From: a virus
DNA length: 64,000 nt
Strand: one strand, 5' to 3'
Virus record (IMG/VR): IMGVR_UViG_3300032240_001333
Coordinates: 17,265 to 81,264 of that record
Below the pieces are notes generated by a model. The model had not been told where the DNA came from and ran no database searches. It saw nothing but the letters and a program-made list of their open reading frames with translations. The position numbers and the translations under genes were made by a program. Shown here in pieces: positions 29,978 through 39,222 of this stretch (position 1 is the stretch's first letter; every line of letters starts with the position of its first letter).

Positions 29978-30121
29978 TTAGTTTAGAACTACTGAAGTCC
30001 AGCGTTCTTTGCCATTTACATCTAGCAAGATACGAGCCACTCCGCTTGGGTGATTATCAACGGCTTTGATAATTCCAGTAATACCACTTGTAGTGGTTGT
30101 GTATAGTTGTCCGATTTCCAT
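29978..30121 (-). CDS. Small hypothetical protein
   Basis: Start reassigned using the RBS motif. Confidence 0.7.
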   Translation of the reverse strand: MEIGQLYTTTTSGITGIIKAVDNHPSGVARILLDVNGKERWTSVVLN

Positions 30122-30172
30122 TTTTGTTTCCTTTCGTTTATGGGTTGTTATTATAGCACCTGCCACCGACAA

Positions 30173-30442
30173 TTAGTAATCGGTTTCAGGTAGCCACGCT
30201 TCTAGGTGGTGAGCCTCGATAATTGCTAAGGCAGGAGCCTTATCTCTGCCCCTATATGACACGCCTTGAGGCATATCTATCAGGCGATCATAGTCCTCAT
30301 CATAGTACGCATCTATGGCATCAATACATGGTTGTACCATTGATAGCGGAACGGGTGGATAGTGATTACCTTGTAAGTGATAACCAATAGCCATTTCTAA
30401 GTCTAAGTTTTCTGCTAAGTCTATTGCTGTATTTAATCCCAT
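30173..30442 (-). CDS. Hypothetical phage protein
   Basis: HLQGNHYPPVP...EAHHLEAW. Confidence 0.75.
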   Translation of the reverse strand: MGLNTAIDLAENLDLEMAIGYHLQGNHYPPVPLSMVQPCIDAIDAYYDEDYDRLIDMPQGVSYRGRDKAPALAIIEAHHLEAWLPETDY

Positions 30443-30718
30443 TTATTCATTCTCCTCTAATATAGTTTCGGATAAGTTTTCTATTTCGTTAATACTATCC
30501 GTCATCTCTTTCATCTCGGTTTCGGATAGTAATACTTTAGTAGTTAGGTCTGCTGTTTTACTAGCAAGACTAGCAGAATAAAGATAAATTAACTTTGCGA
30601 AAGTTTTATCATCTATTTCATTTCTGCGTTCCATTAAGTCCCCTGCTAAGGCTGTAATATCATCATTAAATACTGCTTCCTTAGTTGCTTCTGATATTGC
30701 TATGGCTGTTGCTAACAT
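30443..30718 (-). CDS. Hypothetical protein
   Basis: Conserved promoter and RBS. Confidence 0.75.
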   Translation of the reverse strand: MLATAIAISEATKEAVFNDDITALAGDLMERRNEIDDKTFAKLIYLYSASLASKTADLTTKVLLSETEMKEMTDSINEIENLSETILEENE

Positions 30719-30770
30719 ATTTTCCTTTCGTTGGTGATGGGCTGATTATACACCAGCCCACCGACATTTA

Positions 30771-31031
30771 CTAAGCCAGTACTATAAGAGCCTGCGTAGC
30801 AAACTCATTAGCAATATCTAACTTTGCTTGGATTTCATCTCTAGTCATATCGGCAGGGTTACCGACAAACTCAGTAATTGCGCCTTGATTGTAAGTTGCA
30901 AACCTACCAGCAGGCAAGTTTTCTACTTTTGGATAAAACTCACCTTTTGGATCTAATAAAGAGTTAAACTTAACTCCATTAACTTCGAATGGATAAACCA
31001 CCCAATTAGTTGTGTCTAGCATTGTTTTCAT
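30771..31031 (-). CDS. Hypothetical protein
   Basis: Conserved promoter and RBS. Confidence 0.75.
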   Translation of the reverse strand: MKTMLDTTNWVVYPFEVNGVKFNSLLDPKGEFYPKVENLPAGRFATYNQGAITEFVGNPADMTRDEIQAKLDIANEFATQALIVLA

Positions 31032-31301
31032 TTTATTTCCTTTCGTTTAAGTAGTGGAATTGTAGCAGATCTAACTGACATTTTGTTGCGACACGCCGTC
31101 AGCTCGTAAAAATTTTCAGGGTGTTTTATATCACATTCTTAACGACACGCCCGACCCCGCAGTATTTGCGGGCAAAGCCCCCTTTTGTCAAGGGGGACAC
31201 GCTGGTTATTTAATAACACTCTCCACATAATGGATAGTAATATTCGCCATCATCAGTAATAAACTGAGTGGTATCTTGATTGCAAGATGAACATTTATTC
31301 A

Positions 31302-31511
31302 TTATAAATCCCCCATTTCTGCGTCAGCCATGCGTGTATTCATATGATCTGCATCAATATCACGCCAGCCAAAGTAAGCCATTTCTGACATATCATAACA
31401 TTCAGGGCAGACATAATCGTCGCCAAAGATTTCATATTCCTCAATAGTTTCGAAAGTCTGAGTAGCACCACAGATTTCGTACATTAAGCAAGCAACTGTT
31501 AGATTTTCCAT
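31302..31511 (-). CDS. Zn-ribbon acidic protein
   Basis: C....CG...CPEC; conserved promoter and RBS. Confidence 0.72.
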   Translation of the reverse strand: MENLTVACLMYEICGATQTFETIEEYEIFGDDYVCPECYDMSEMAYFGWRDIDADHMNTRMADAEMGDL

Positions 31512-31761
31512 TTTAGTTCACCTTTCGTTAAGTAATGGAATACTAACACATCACACTGACATTTCCAAATCGACACGCCGAAATTTTCAGGGCATTTTTA
31601 TCATGTGTCTTAAATCACAAAACGCCCCCACAGCTTTTGCGGGCTTTTTCTAATCTGTCAAGTCGACACGCCGTTTATGTTTTAATTTTCTTGTGTATTT
31701 TTTTTTATTGCGAACAGGTTGGGCCGCATTGCTGCGGCGTAATTCCTGAATGCGTTTTACT

Positions 31762-32162
31762 TTATTTAGAAGAATATTTTGGCACATGATAACCGCTTGC
31801 TTCATGAAATTTAACAACATCAAAACGCTCATTATCTTTTGCAAACATTTCTGCAAAATCGTGAACAGTTTTAGAAAAAACAGCGGGATGAATTTTATCG
31901 CTGATATATTTTAAAATTTCAGCGGTTGCGATATAGTCTTTACGGGTCATCATTTTGCGGACACCAATCCAATCAAGTTAAAATTTTTAGTATACATTTT
32001 ACCATTAGGCATAGTTAAATTATATCTTGCGTTTTCTACGGCAAAGCCATGATCTTTACATCTAGCAAAAGCCTCAAACGCTTGAAGAGCATCAGAAAAT
32101 TCATGGGTAAATTCTAATTTCCCATCATAGTAAGTAAATAATTTATACATTAGATCACCCAC
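31762..32162 (-). CDS. Two small coupled ORFs (31762-31953, 31950-about 32150)
   Basis: MTRKDY..IA...F..DNERFD..KF motif in the first. Confidence 0.7.
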
Positions 32163-32334
32163 TCATCTAAAACACAATCACAACTTTCAACATCATAATT
32201 TTTTTCATCGCCCCAAAATACAAATCCTGCGCCACCGCATTCTTCACATTCAATTGCGATTATTTCTTTTATATTTCCCATTTAGTTTTCCTTTCGTAGT
32301 TTGTTAATAGAATTATAGCGGATACCGCTGACAC

Positions 32335-32550
32335 CTAGTAGGTGTCAGGGTAAACATCTTCGGGTTTTCCAATCCCGATTACACGATATTTATTACGGAT
32401 CATGCCCGTATCAATTTCGATTAAATAAGCATCAATATATCTGCCAAAAAAAGCAGAATGTTTTTCAGCAGAAACAATTTTTCCGCTGATAGTATCGGAT
32501 GAATAAGTCCTACCGACTAGCAAGTCGGTGTGAGAGTAGATATTAGCCAT
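32335..32550 (-). CDS. Hypothetical protein
   Basis: Conserved promoter and RBS. Confidence 0.72.
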   Translation of the reverse strand: MANIYSHTDLLVGRTYSSDTISGKIVSAEKHSAFFGRYIDAYLIEIDTGMIRNKYRVIGIGKPEDVYPDTY

Positions 32551-32858
32551 AGTTAGTTTTCCTTTCGTTTATGGTGTAATTTTAACATAACCCACTGACA
32601 ATCAGTGGGTTGGCGTTTCCGCCATGATTAGTTTTAATAAACCAATTCGTTGCGATTTGGTTAAATTTAATTTCGCAACAGTTTCGGATTTTATTCCGCC
32701 ATTATTATATTCGAACAAAAGTTCGTTATAGATTTCGCTAAATTCTTTCATTTAGTTTTCCTTTCGTTTAATAGTTTTATTCTAACACCTACCACTGACA
32801 TTTTGCCTATTACTGACCAGTATTTGAGACAGTATTCGTGTGATCATAATCACACGAG

Positions 32859-32933
32859 TTATCCACGACACGCCCGAAGTTTTCCACAGATTTTCAGGGG
32901 TTTTCCACATCTGTGCATAAACCCTGTGGATAA
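32859..32933. promoter_or_regulatory. Cluster of five DnaA-box-like 9-mers
   Basis: TTATCCACG, TTTTCCACA x2, TGTGCATAA, TGTGGATAA. Confidence 0.75.
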
Positions 32934-33705
32934 CGCCCACAAAAAGCTGCGGGCCAATGTCGCCATTGTCAAGGCGACACGCCGTCTATTTCTTGTGAGT
33001 TTCCTCACATACGCATTTGGTATATGCGCCAGCGTTTAACCTGCCACATTTAGGGCAGGTATAGAAACCAGCAGGATTAGTCATTTAACCCACCGCTCTT
33101 TACATCGTAGTAGATAGCGTAGACTAGGGCAGATACTACACCTAGCAACGCTAATTGGATGGCGGTGGTGATTAGTCTATTTAGTGTCATTACTTACGAC
33201 CTCTCCATATTTTAATTCCAGCAATTACTACAACAGATACGATAATTAGTTTCCAATCTAGTGCGACATAGAACCAATCGCTATCTACGCAGAAACCATA
33301 TGAGTTTAATTCAATAGTCATTTATTACTCCGTCCAGTCTAAGGTTAATTCTTGCTCTGCTAATTCATCAAGGCTAATTATATCGGTATCAAAATCGCTA
33401 ACGATATCTTCATCGCCCTCTTGCTTGGCGATAGCCTCTCTCTCGTCCCAATGGCGGTATGCGTCTGCGATATCCGCTTGGATAGTGTCCCATTTAGTCA
33501 TCATATTAGAAACCCCAGCAATCTGAGCAGATAACTACATCGCTCTCATCGTAGAATATAGAGGACATCTCTACATCGCACACCTTACAATTTAAGGTGA
33601 TTAGTGTGTCGTTCATTTTCTTACCTTCTTTCGTTTTTGTTATGGTGAAACCTTATCATACCCCACCGACAAAGCGCAAGCCTTGCCGATGTGATGTTGC
33701 TCACA

Positions 33706-33930
33706 TTAGTAGGCACCATAGGTGCCATCCTTTAGTGATTGGATAGTAGTCAATACATGGTCAATAGCCATCATGACTATCTCTTTATCAGAGCGGTCTT
33801 GATAAGCCCAATGATCCTTATAGTAGACATATGCTTGCTCATATGTCCAGCAATAAGTATCGTGATAATACTTAAGCGTAGGAGATAGCGTTTCATACGC
33901 CTCATTTATTTCTTTTATCATAGTTATCAT
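33706..33930 (-). CDS. Hypothetical protein, first gene of the minus-strand block
   Basis: AACGAAAGGA RBS. Confidence 0.7.
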   Translation of the reverse strand: MITMIKEINEAYETLSPTLKYYHDTYCWTYEQAYVYYKDHWAYQDRSDKEIVMMAIDHVLTTIQSLKDGTYGAY

Positions 33931-33963
33931 ATTTATATCCTTTCGTTGATATATATTGAGCGG

Positions 33964-34005
33964 TTATTTGCTAGGCTCACCTTTCGGATTATTTGCTAGG
34001 CTCAC
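33964..34005. repeat. 17-bp direct repeat x2
   Basis: TTATTTGCTAGGCTCAC at 33964 and 33989. Confidence 0.95.
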
Positions 34006-34280
34006 GCTCTAATTCTTTATTTAATTTATACTATAATCATATAAGAGGGGACTGACATTTTGCAAGTCACAAATCGGACATGTCGGACATTTTGAAAACT
34101 TTTTTTGGAAAATCGTGTGATACTCCTCACATATGGTCGCTCTAAAGGGATAAATCGGACATTTCAAAATGGTGTATCATACAAAATAAAAATATATTAA
34201 CATTTTGTGAAATCTGAAATACTAGTCGACTAGGATTATATGTGTATATATGAGATATATTTTAGTTAACTAAGATATTA

Positions 34281-34916
34281 ATGTATAATTTAAATATGAT
34301 TCCTAAAATAATATGGCAAACCCATGAATGGGAGTTGGCGAATCTTCCAGATACTTTTAAAGAAAGCATGAATAGTTGGAAAGGCATAAATCCTACATGG
34401 GATTATAAATATATAAGTGCCAGAGAAAGATTAGATCATATTAGAGATTATGGCGGGGAAGAACTTTTAAAATACTATAAAGAGTGTAATAAACTTACTC
34501 AAGCAGATCTATGGAGATATCTAATTCTATATAAATTTGGCGGGGTATACTCAGATATGGATTTTAAATGCATTTCGCCTATAGACCAGATAATAGAAGA
34601 ATCATATAAAGAAAATTCAATAATATTACATTCATTTATGGAAAATCAAACAGATCCTTTTGTCAATAGCGTTATAGGATCAGATGCTAGTCAACCAGTA
34701 TTTAAAAGACTAATAGAAGATGCTATAGAAAAGTTTAAATCTCTCCCAGTAGATAAAAATAATCTATATTGTCAACATGGATGTTGTTATAATAGTGATA
34801 GAGAATGTAATGGTAGAGATGATTATCATTTAGGATGGGAGTATTTTTCTATGCATATTCAAAGACATGGGTCTCTTATTTCGCCGACGTTGCACTTGAT
34901 TGCTCAACCATTTTAG
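34281..34916 (+). CDS. Glycosyltransferase, DXD sugar-binding (GT32/OCH1-like)
   Basis: IPKIIWQT, ADLWRYLILYKFGGVYSDMD. Confidence 0.92.
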   Translation: MYNLNMIPKIIWQTHEWELANLPDTFKESMNSWKGINPTWDYKYISARERLDHIRDYGGEELLKYYKECNKLTQADLWRYLILYKFGGVYSDMDFKCISPIDQIIEESYKENSIILHSFMENQTDPFVNSVIGSDASQPVFKRLIEDAIEKFKSLPVDKNNLYCQHGCCYNSDRECNGRDDYHLGWEYFSMHIQRHGSLISPTLHLIAQPF

Positions 34917-34925
34917 GATATATGT

Positions 34926-35609
34926 ATGCACAATGTATATTTAATTGGTGATTGTCATACAACTAGAATTTATCAACATCATGATTTTAATAGTAAAGAT
35001 ATTGATTTAAAAATTTGGGGCAAGGCTGGATTAAATGCTTGGGATATAGCTTTTGATATAGAAGAATTAAAAAGAAATAATACAAAGGCTTCTAATATAG
35101 AATATGGAGACTTAGAAGATTGGCCAAGTGTATTACATTTTAATGATATAAAAGATGATGGATTAATATTAGCTTGGGCTGGGTATATAGATATAAAATA
35201 TAATTTACCTAAATACAAAAATTCTGAAAAAGTAGTTATTAACTATATAAACTCTTTAATAAAGGCATTTCCAAATTCTAAAATTAAAATAATAGAACCA
35301 CATCCTCAATTTGTAGAAGATATGATTAGAAAAGGGGAGGGACATGAAGGATTTGATTATGAGACCAGAGAAAAACAAAATAAAGAGTTTTGCAAAGCTC
35401 TCCAGAAGTATTCGTTAGAATTTGGTCTAGGTTTTACTATTACTCAACAACAAATATATGAAGCAGCTGGATTAGATAAATTTACTATACTAGATACAAT
35501 AAAAGGATTTCATCCAGATGATGTAGTAGATGGATTACATCCTAAATATAGAGTAGGCATCTATAATATGTTTATGGATGAGATATATGGGATATTAAGT
35601 ATAAGATAG
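34926..35609 (+). CDS. SGNH-like hypothetical protein
   Basis: LIGDCH, GYID, DGLHP. Confidence 0.5.
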   Translation: MHNVYLIGDCHTTRIYQHHDFNSKDIDLKIWGKAGLNAWDIAFDIEELKRNNTKASNIEYGDLEDWPSVLHFNDIKDDGLILAWAGYIDIKYNLPKYKNSEKVVINYINSLIKAFPNSKIKIIEPHPQFVEDMIRKGEGHEGFDYETREKQNKEFCKALQKYSLEFGLGFTITQQQIYEAAGLDKFTILDTIKGFHPDDVVDGLHPKYRVGIYNMFMDEIYGILSIR

Positions 35610-35639
35610 TCTCTTAATTCCGCCGATGCACTTTTATTT

Positions 35640-36464
35640 TTATATATAAAACTTTTTGTATTGATCTGGGACTACGCCATTTATTTTTGCTCCTGGATTA
35701 ACTCTTTTTACTTGTTCTTCCGTAAGCATTGATCCATCATCATTTACATATGGATTATTTACAAATTGATCAGATTTGCCTTCTTCTACCTGCCAGTGTC
35801 CTTTAATCATATATTTTTCTCCACTTCTTATTTCATGAGCTGTGTGTGGATATATATGCGGTTTTAATGGTGGAAATATAATTACACTAAAAGGTTTTGG
35901 TTTTAACCAAAATGTAATAAGATCTTTATTTTTTTCATGGTCTGGTGGGTACAGGCCATTTGGACCTTCTGTAAGATTACCATTTATTACTTCTATTCTT
36001 TTATCAGCACTTGGTAAACTAAAAGATAATTCTCCGCCCTCGTAGTCATCATTTAAATACATTAATACCGAATAGCTTTTTAAATTAATAGGAACAGTGT
36101 CTATATGTGTTATGTAAACAGTTCCTGGGCAATGCCTGTCAATATGACTAAATTCATCAAATGGCTTTTGAGCATCTATATGCTTATCATTAGAGTAGTG
36201 AATTGATGCTTCAACAAATGCTTTGCTTATAATTTCATTTACTTTAGGATGAGTTTGTTTACTAAATTCTTTTCTATAAGCTACCATTCCACTTTGATTT
36301 GCTTTTATTTCTGGATCTCGGTCTGGGTTATATATTTTACCAGTATCATATATTTTTACCCAATTTTCAGGTTTATTTAATATTGATAAAATATATTGTG
36401 CGTCTTCTTCATTAATTAAATCTGTATAGTAATAACAATTTTCATCTAATTTTTCAATATTCAT
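35640..36464 (-). CDS. 2OG-Fe(II) oxygenase
   Basis: HID, YLNDDYEGGE, HTAHEIRSGEKY; start moved to avoid the tRNA. Confidence 0.88.
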   Translation of the reverse strand: MNIEKLDENCYYYTDLINEEDAQYILSILNKPENWVKIYDTGKIYNPDRDPEIKANQSGMVAYRKEFSKQTHPKVNEIISKAFVEASIHYSNDKHIDAQKPFDEFSHIDRHCPGTVYITHIDTVPINLKSYSVLMYLNDDYEGGELSFSLPSADKRIEVINGNLTEGPNGLYPPDHEKNKDLITFWLKPKPFSVIIFPPLKPHIYPHTAHEIRSGEKYMIKGHWQVEEGKSDQFVNNPYVNDDGSMLTEEQVKRVNPGAKINGVVPDQYKKFYI

Positions 36465-36501
36465 ATACACATTGTAGCAAATATAGTATACTAATATAGA
36501 T

Positions 36502-36574
36502 TGGTCCATAGCTCAGTTGGCAGAGCGCAGAGCTGTTAACTCTGATGTCCCAGGTTCGAGCCCTGGTGGACCAG
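36502..36574 (+). tRNA. tRNA-Asn(GTT)
   Basis: TGGTCCA/TGGACCA, CAGAG-CTGTTAA-CTCTG, GGTTCGAGCCC. Confidence 0.93.
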
Positions 36575-36683
36575 CATATTACAAGGAGGTAGATATGGAA
36601 CCCAATAAAATGACACCTAAAGGATTATTTACAATTGGTGTATTTATTATGGCTTTAGTAATTTTTTCCATTGTTATAGCATC

Positions 36684-37310
36684 TTGAATATTCCAATAAA
36701 TAAAGTAATATGGCAAACAAATGATGAAAATTTTGAAGATTTGCCACAAAGATTTATTAATAACATTAATTTTTGGAAAAACAAAAATTTAGGTTGGGAT
36801 CATAGATATTTTAATGGTGAGCAAAGAAAAAATTTTTTAATTGAAAATGGATTTTTAAAAAATAATTTATCTTTAGATCGTTATAATAATTTAAAAAAAT
36901 CTTGGCAATCTAATCTTTGGCGTGTAGCCGTGGTTTGGCAATTTGGTGGATCTTATGCAGACATGGACTCCGTTCCAGCGTTAGATCAATGTTTAGACAA
37001 GGCAATATTTAATGCAAATTCTTTAAAAAAACCATATACTATTATTTGTACAAGAGATGAAAATCATTTAGGAATGGGTTGCAATAATGCAAATTTTATT
37101 GCACCAAAAAATTCAGATTTTTTAAAATCTGTATTAGATAAATATTTAAAGGTATTAAATAGCGATTATGATTATTTAAATGATGCTCAAATTAAAGAAA
37201 GAATAGAAAGAACAATGCCAAATATTACTTTTGGATTAGAATCTATATATAGAGAAGATGCTGCATTTATTTTTGATGGAGTGCTTCATGGTAGTTCATT
37301 TAAACCATAA
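36684..37310 (+). CDS. Glycosyltransferase GT32-like
   Basis: IPxxKVIWQT, NLWR...GGSYADMD. Confidence 0.85.
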   Translation: MNIPINKVIWQTNDENFEDLPQRFINNINFWKNKNLGWDHRYFNGEQRKNFLIENGFLKNNLSLDRYNNLKKSWQSNLWRVAVVWQFGGSYADMDSVPALDQCLDKAIFNANSLKKPYTIICTRDENHLGMGCNNANFIAPKNSDFLKSVLDKYLKVLNSDYDYLNDAQIKERIERTMPNITFGLESIYREDAAFIFDGVLHGSSFKP

Positions 37311-37320
37311 TTAAAGAATT

Positions 37321-37392
37321 GGCTCCATCGTCTATCGGTTAGGACGCCAGATTTTCAATCTGGTAAGACGGGTTCGATTCCCGTTGGGGCTA
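37321..37392 (+). tRNA. tRNA-Glu(TTC)
   Basis: GGCTCCA/TGGGGCT, CCAGA-TTTTCAA-TCTGG, GGTTCGATTCC. Confidence 0.93.
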
Positions 37393-37590
37393 CTAGTTGA
37401 CAGAAAATTTTATTTAATGTTATACTAATCACGGTTTGTGGGGGCTTACACTAGGGACTCAAATGTACCAGATGTAAATTCCTCTCTATCTTTCCAAAAA
37501 GATTTTTTAAATTTGGGGGGTAGGGGGGCTTTCCTAAAAATCTAAATACCCAGATATAACTTAAAAAAATATATAATATATAATAAAGAC

Positions 37591-37875
37591 ATGAAGTCTG
37601 AAAAGACTAGTATATCTAAACAAAAGGCATACTTGTCTAAATATATTCAGGAATTAAAATCCAAGACTCTTTGTATGGATTGTAAGATAAACTATCCCTA
37701 TTATGTAATGGATTTCGATCATGTCAGAGGTAAAAAACATAAAAATGTAATGGAATTAATTCCTACATTATCTAAAAAGAAAATTGATGAGGAAATAGCT
37801 AAATGCGAAATAGTATGTTCGAATTGTCACAGGATCAGAACTCATCAGAGAAAATTGAAAAAAACGGGGAAATAA
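37591..37875 (+). CDS. HNH endonuclease
   Basis: CxxC...FDHV...CEIVCSNCHRIRT. Confidence 0.88.
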   Translation: MKSEKTSISKQKAYLSKYIQELKSKTLCMDCKINYPYYVMDFDHVRGKKHKNVMELIPTLSKKKIDEEIAKCEIVCSNCHRIRTHQRKLKKTGK

Positions 37876-38026
37876 AAATTTGGGACTTTGATCTCAGACC
37901 CATACCAGAGAATAATCAAATAGATTGGGAACATCTTAATAGATCCCATGAAGCACATAAGATAGTTGTAGGTCCTAATCCTCCAGTTGTATGGTGGTCT
38001 ATATAGTCTATATATATTCTAGTTGA

Positions 38027-38374
38027 CTAGGATTTAGCTATAGAAAATGAATAGTAAAGCAACTCTTCAGTTTTAGACTTTACATCTTTATTTATTTTAT
38101 TATACTTTGTAGTTAATTTATTATACTCATCTACAAGAAAAGCAATATTTTTATTTGCTTGATCTACATCAGCCTTATGATTTGATCTTTCATTAACTAA
38201 CTCTACAGATCCATTCATAATAATATCGCTAGTATATTTAATACAATACTGAGCAGATTGCAGAGAATTTTTTCTTTGATACTGTAAATCATCATTTATA
38301 AATATAATAACTATAAATTGTGCCAATAATAATCCGACTAATATTAATATTAATTTATTTTTTTTATTTGTCAT
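38027..38374 (-). CDS. Membrane-anchored coiled-coil protein
   Basis: N-terminal TM. Confidence 0.6.
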   Translation of the reverse strand: MTNKKNKLILILVGLLLAQFIVIIFINDDLQYQRKNSLQSAQYCIKYTSDIIMNGSVELVNERSNHKADVDQANKNIAFLVDEYNKLTTKYNKINKDVKSKTEELLYYSFSIAKS

Positions 38375-38557
38375 ATACCTAGTATAGTATTTATATGTGT
38401 AACTTTCAAGTAGCCCACTTTTTCTAGAATAGCCCGTATTGGCCTTCTAAGGCCCTTTTGGGAGTTTTCTAGGCATAGATGGTGGGTTGGGTATGGATAT
38501 CTCTCTTTCGACGCACTGCAATTTTACGCAATTGCACTTATTTAGTAGAATTAGATC

Positions 38558-39058
38558 ATGGAAGAACAATACATTAAAGGTGATGAACCACTATGGGAGT
38601 ATTTAAATAAAGAGCCTTATACCATCCGTCAAAGAATGGCTGAATACTTTTTAGCAGATGAATCTTTAGTAGTAGATATAGGAACATATAAAGTTCCACT
38701 TAAGGTTAAGGGTGAGTTAATATCTATAGATCCACTTTGTACTTTTGCGGGTGGATACAATAAGGATGTTAAAACATTTTTAGAACAAGTTAATCCAATT
38801 AATTTTTCATTGTCTTGTCTCGGACTAGCAATAGAGGGCGGACAACAACAATGGGATGCCTTTATAGAGTTATTTAAAAGATCTAAGATAGCCGTTATAG
38901 AATATTCCAGAGATGCTCATAATCATTCTCATTTTGATAAATTAGAAGAATTATGTAATATAAAAGAAGTTTATTTTAAAGCCTATTTAGATATGCCAGA
39001 TATAGAATCTGAGGGAATTAAACCATATCCTAAAAGAAAATTTTTAGTCTTTAGGTGA
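38558..39058 (+). CDS. Hypothetical protein, possible degenerate SAM-methyltransferase fold
   Basis: VVDIG...SIDP. Confidence 0.4.
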   Translation: MEEQYIKGDEPLWEYLNKEPYTIRQRMAEYFLADESLVVDIGTYKVPLKVKGELISIDPLCTFAGGYNKDVKTFLEQVNPINFSLSCLGLAIEGGQQQWDAFIELFKRSKIAVIEYSRDAHNHSHFDKLEELCNIKEVYFKAYLDMPDIESEGIKPYPKRKFLVFR

Positions 39059-39222
39059 TTTTTTCCAAAACAGTAATTTTTTAAGAAATTTTTCAATTTT
39101 GTTTTGCATTCTCATTTCAGCACTTTCATTTTTATAATGATCTGACTGAAAGTATGGACTAAACATTTGATTAGAAAAGTGTTTTGGGCTCATAGTTTAA
39201 TTATACCTTAAATTTATTATAA

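Larger units (their letters stand above)
23219..32953. repeat. 8 dispersed copies of CAGG-N18/19-TAAA-N12-CCC-N8-TG(C/G)GGG
   Basis: CAGG at 23219, 23397, 25442, 27884, 29135, 31117, 31588, 32895. Confidence 0.8.
25360..34057 (-). promoter_or_regulatory. 14 dispersed promoters TGTCRG-N10-TANNNT, mostly followed by AACGAAAGG RBS
   Basis: CYGACA on + at 25380, 27109, 27864, 29104, 29953, 30166, 30761, 31075, 31556, 32328, 32595, 32795, 33666, 34052. Confidence 0.85.
32839..34131. promoter_or_regulatory. Four perfect CRP-type boxes TGTGA-N6-TCACA
   Basis: 32839, 32994, 33690, 34116. Confidence 0.8.

Noticed and set aside
32803-33039. 78-aa + strand ORF
   Set aside because: Overlies the regulatory box cluster, no RBS, opposite to local transcription
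25360-34057. CRISPR array or integron cassette array
   Set aside because: Repeats are short, degenerate and separated by whole genes; no cas gene or integrase and no attC-like inverted structure seen
34880-38540. Loose CGCCG...GCACTT motif at about 34882, 35621 and 38508
   Set aside because: Too degenerate and too few copies to support by eye
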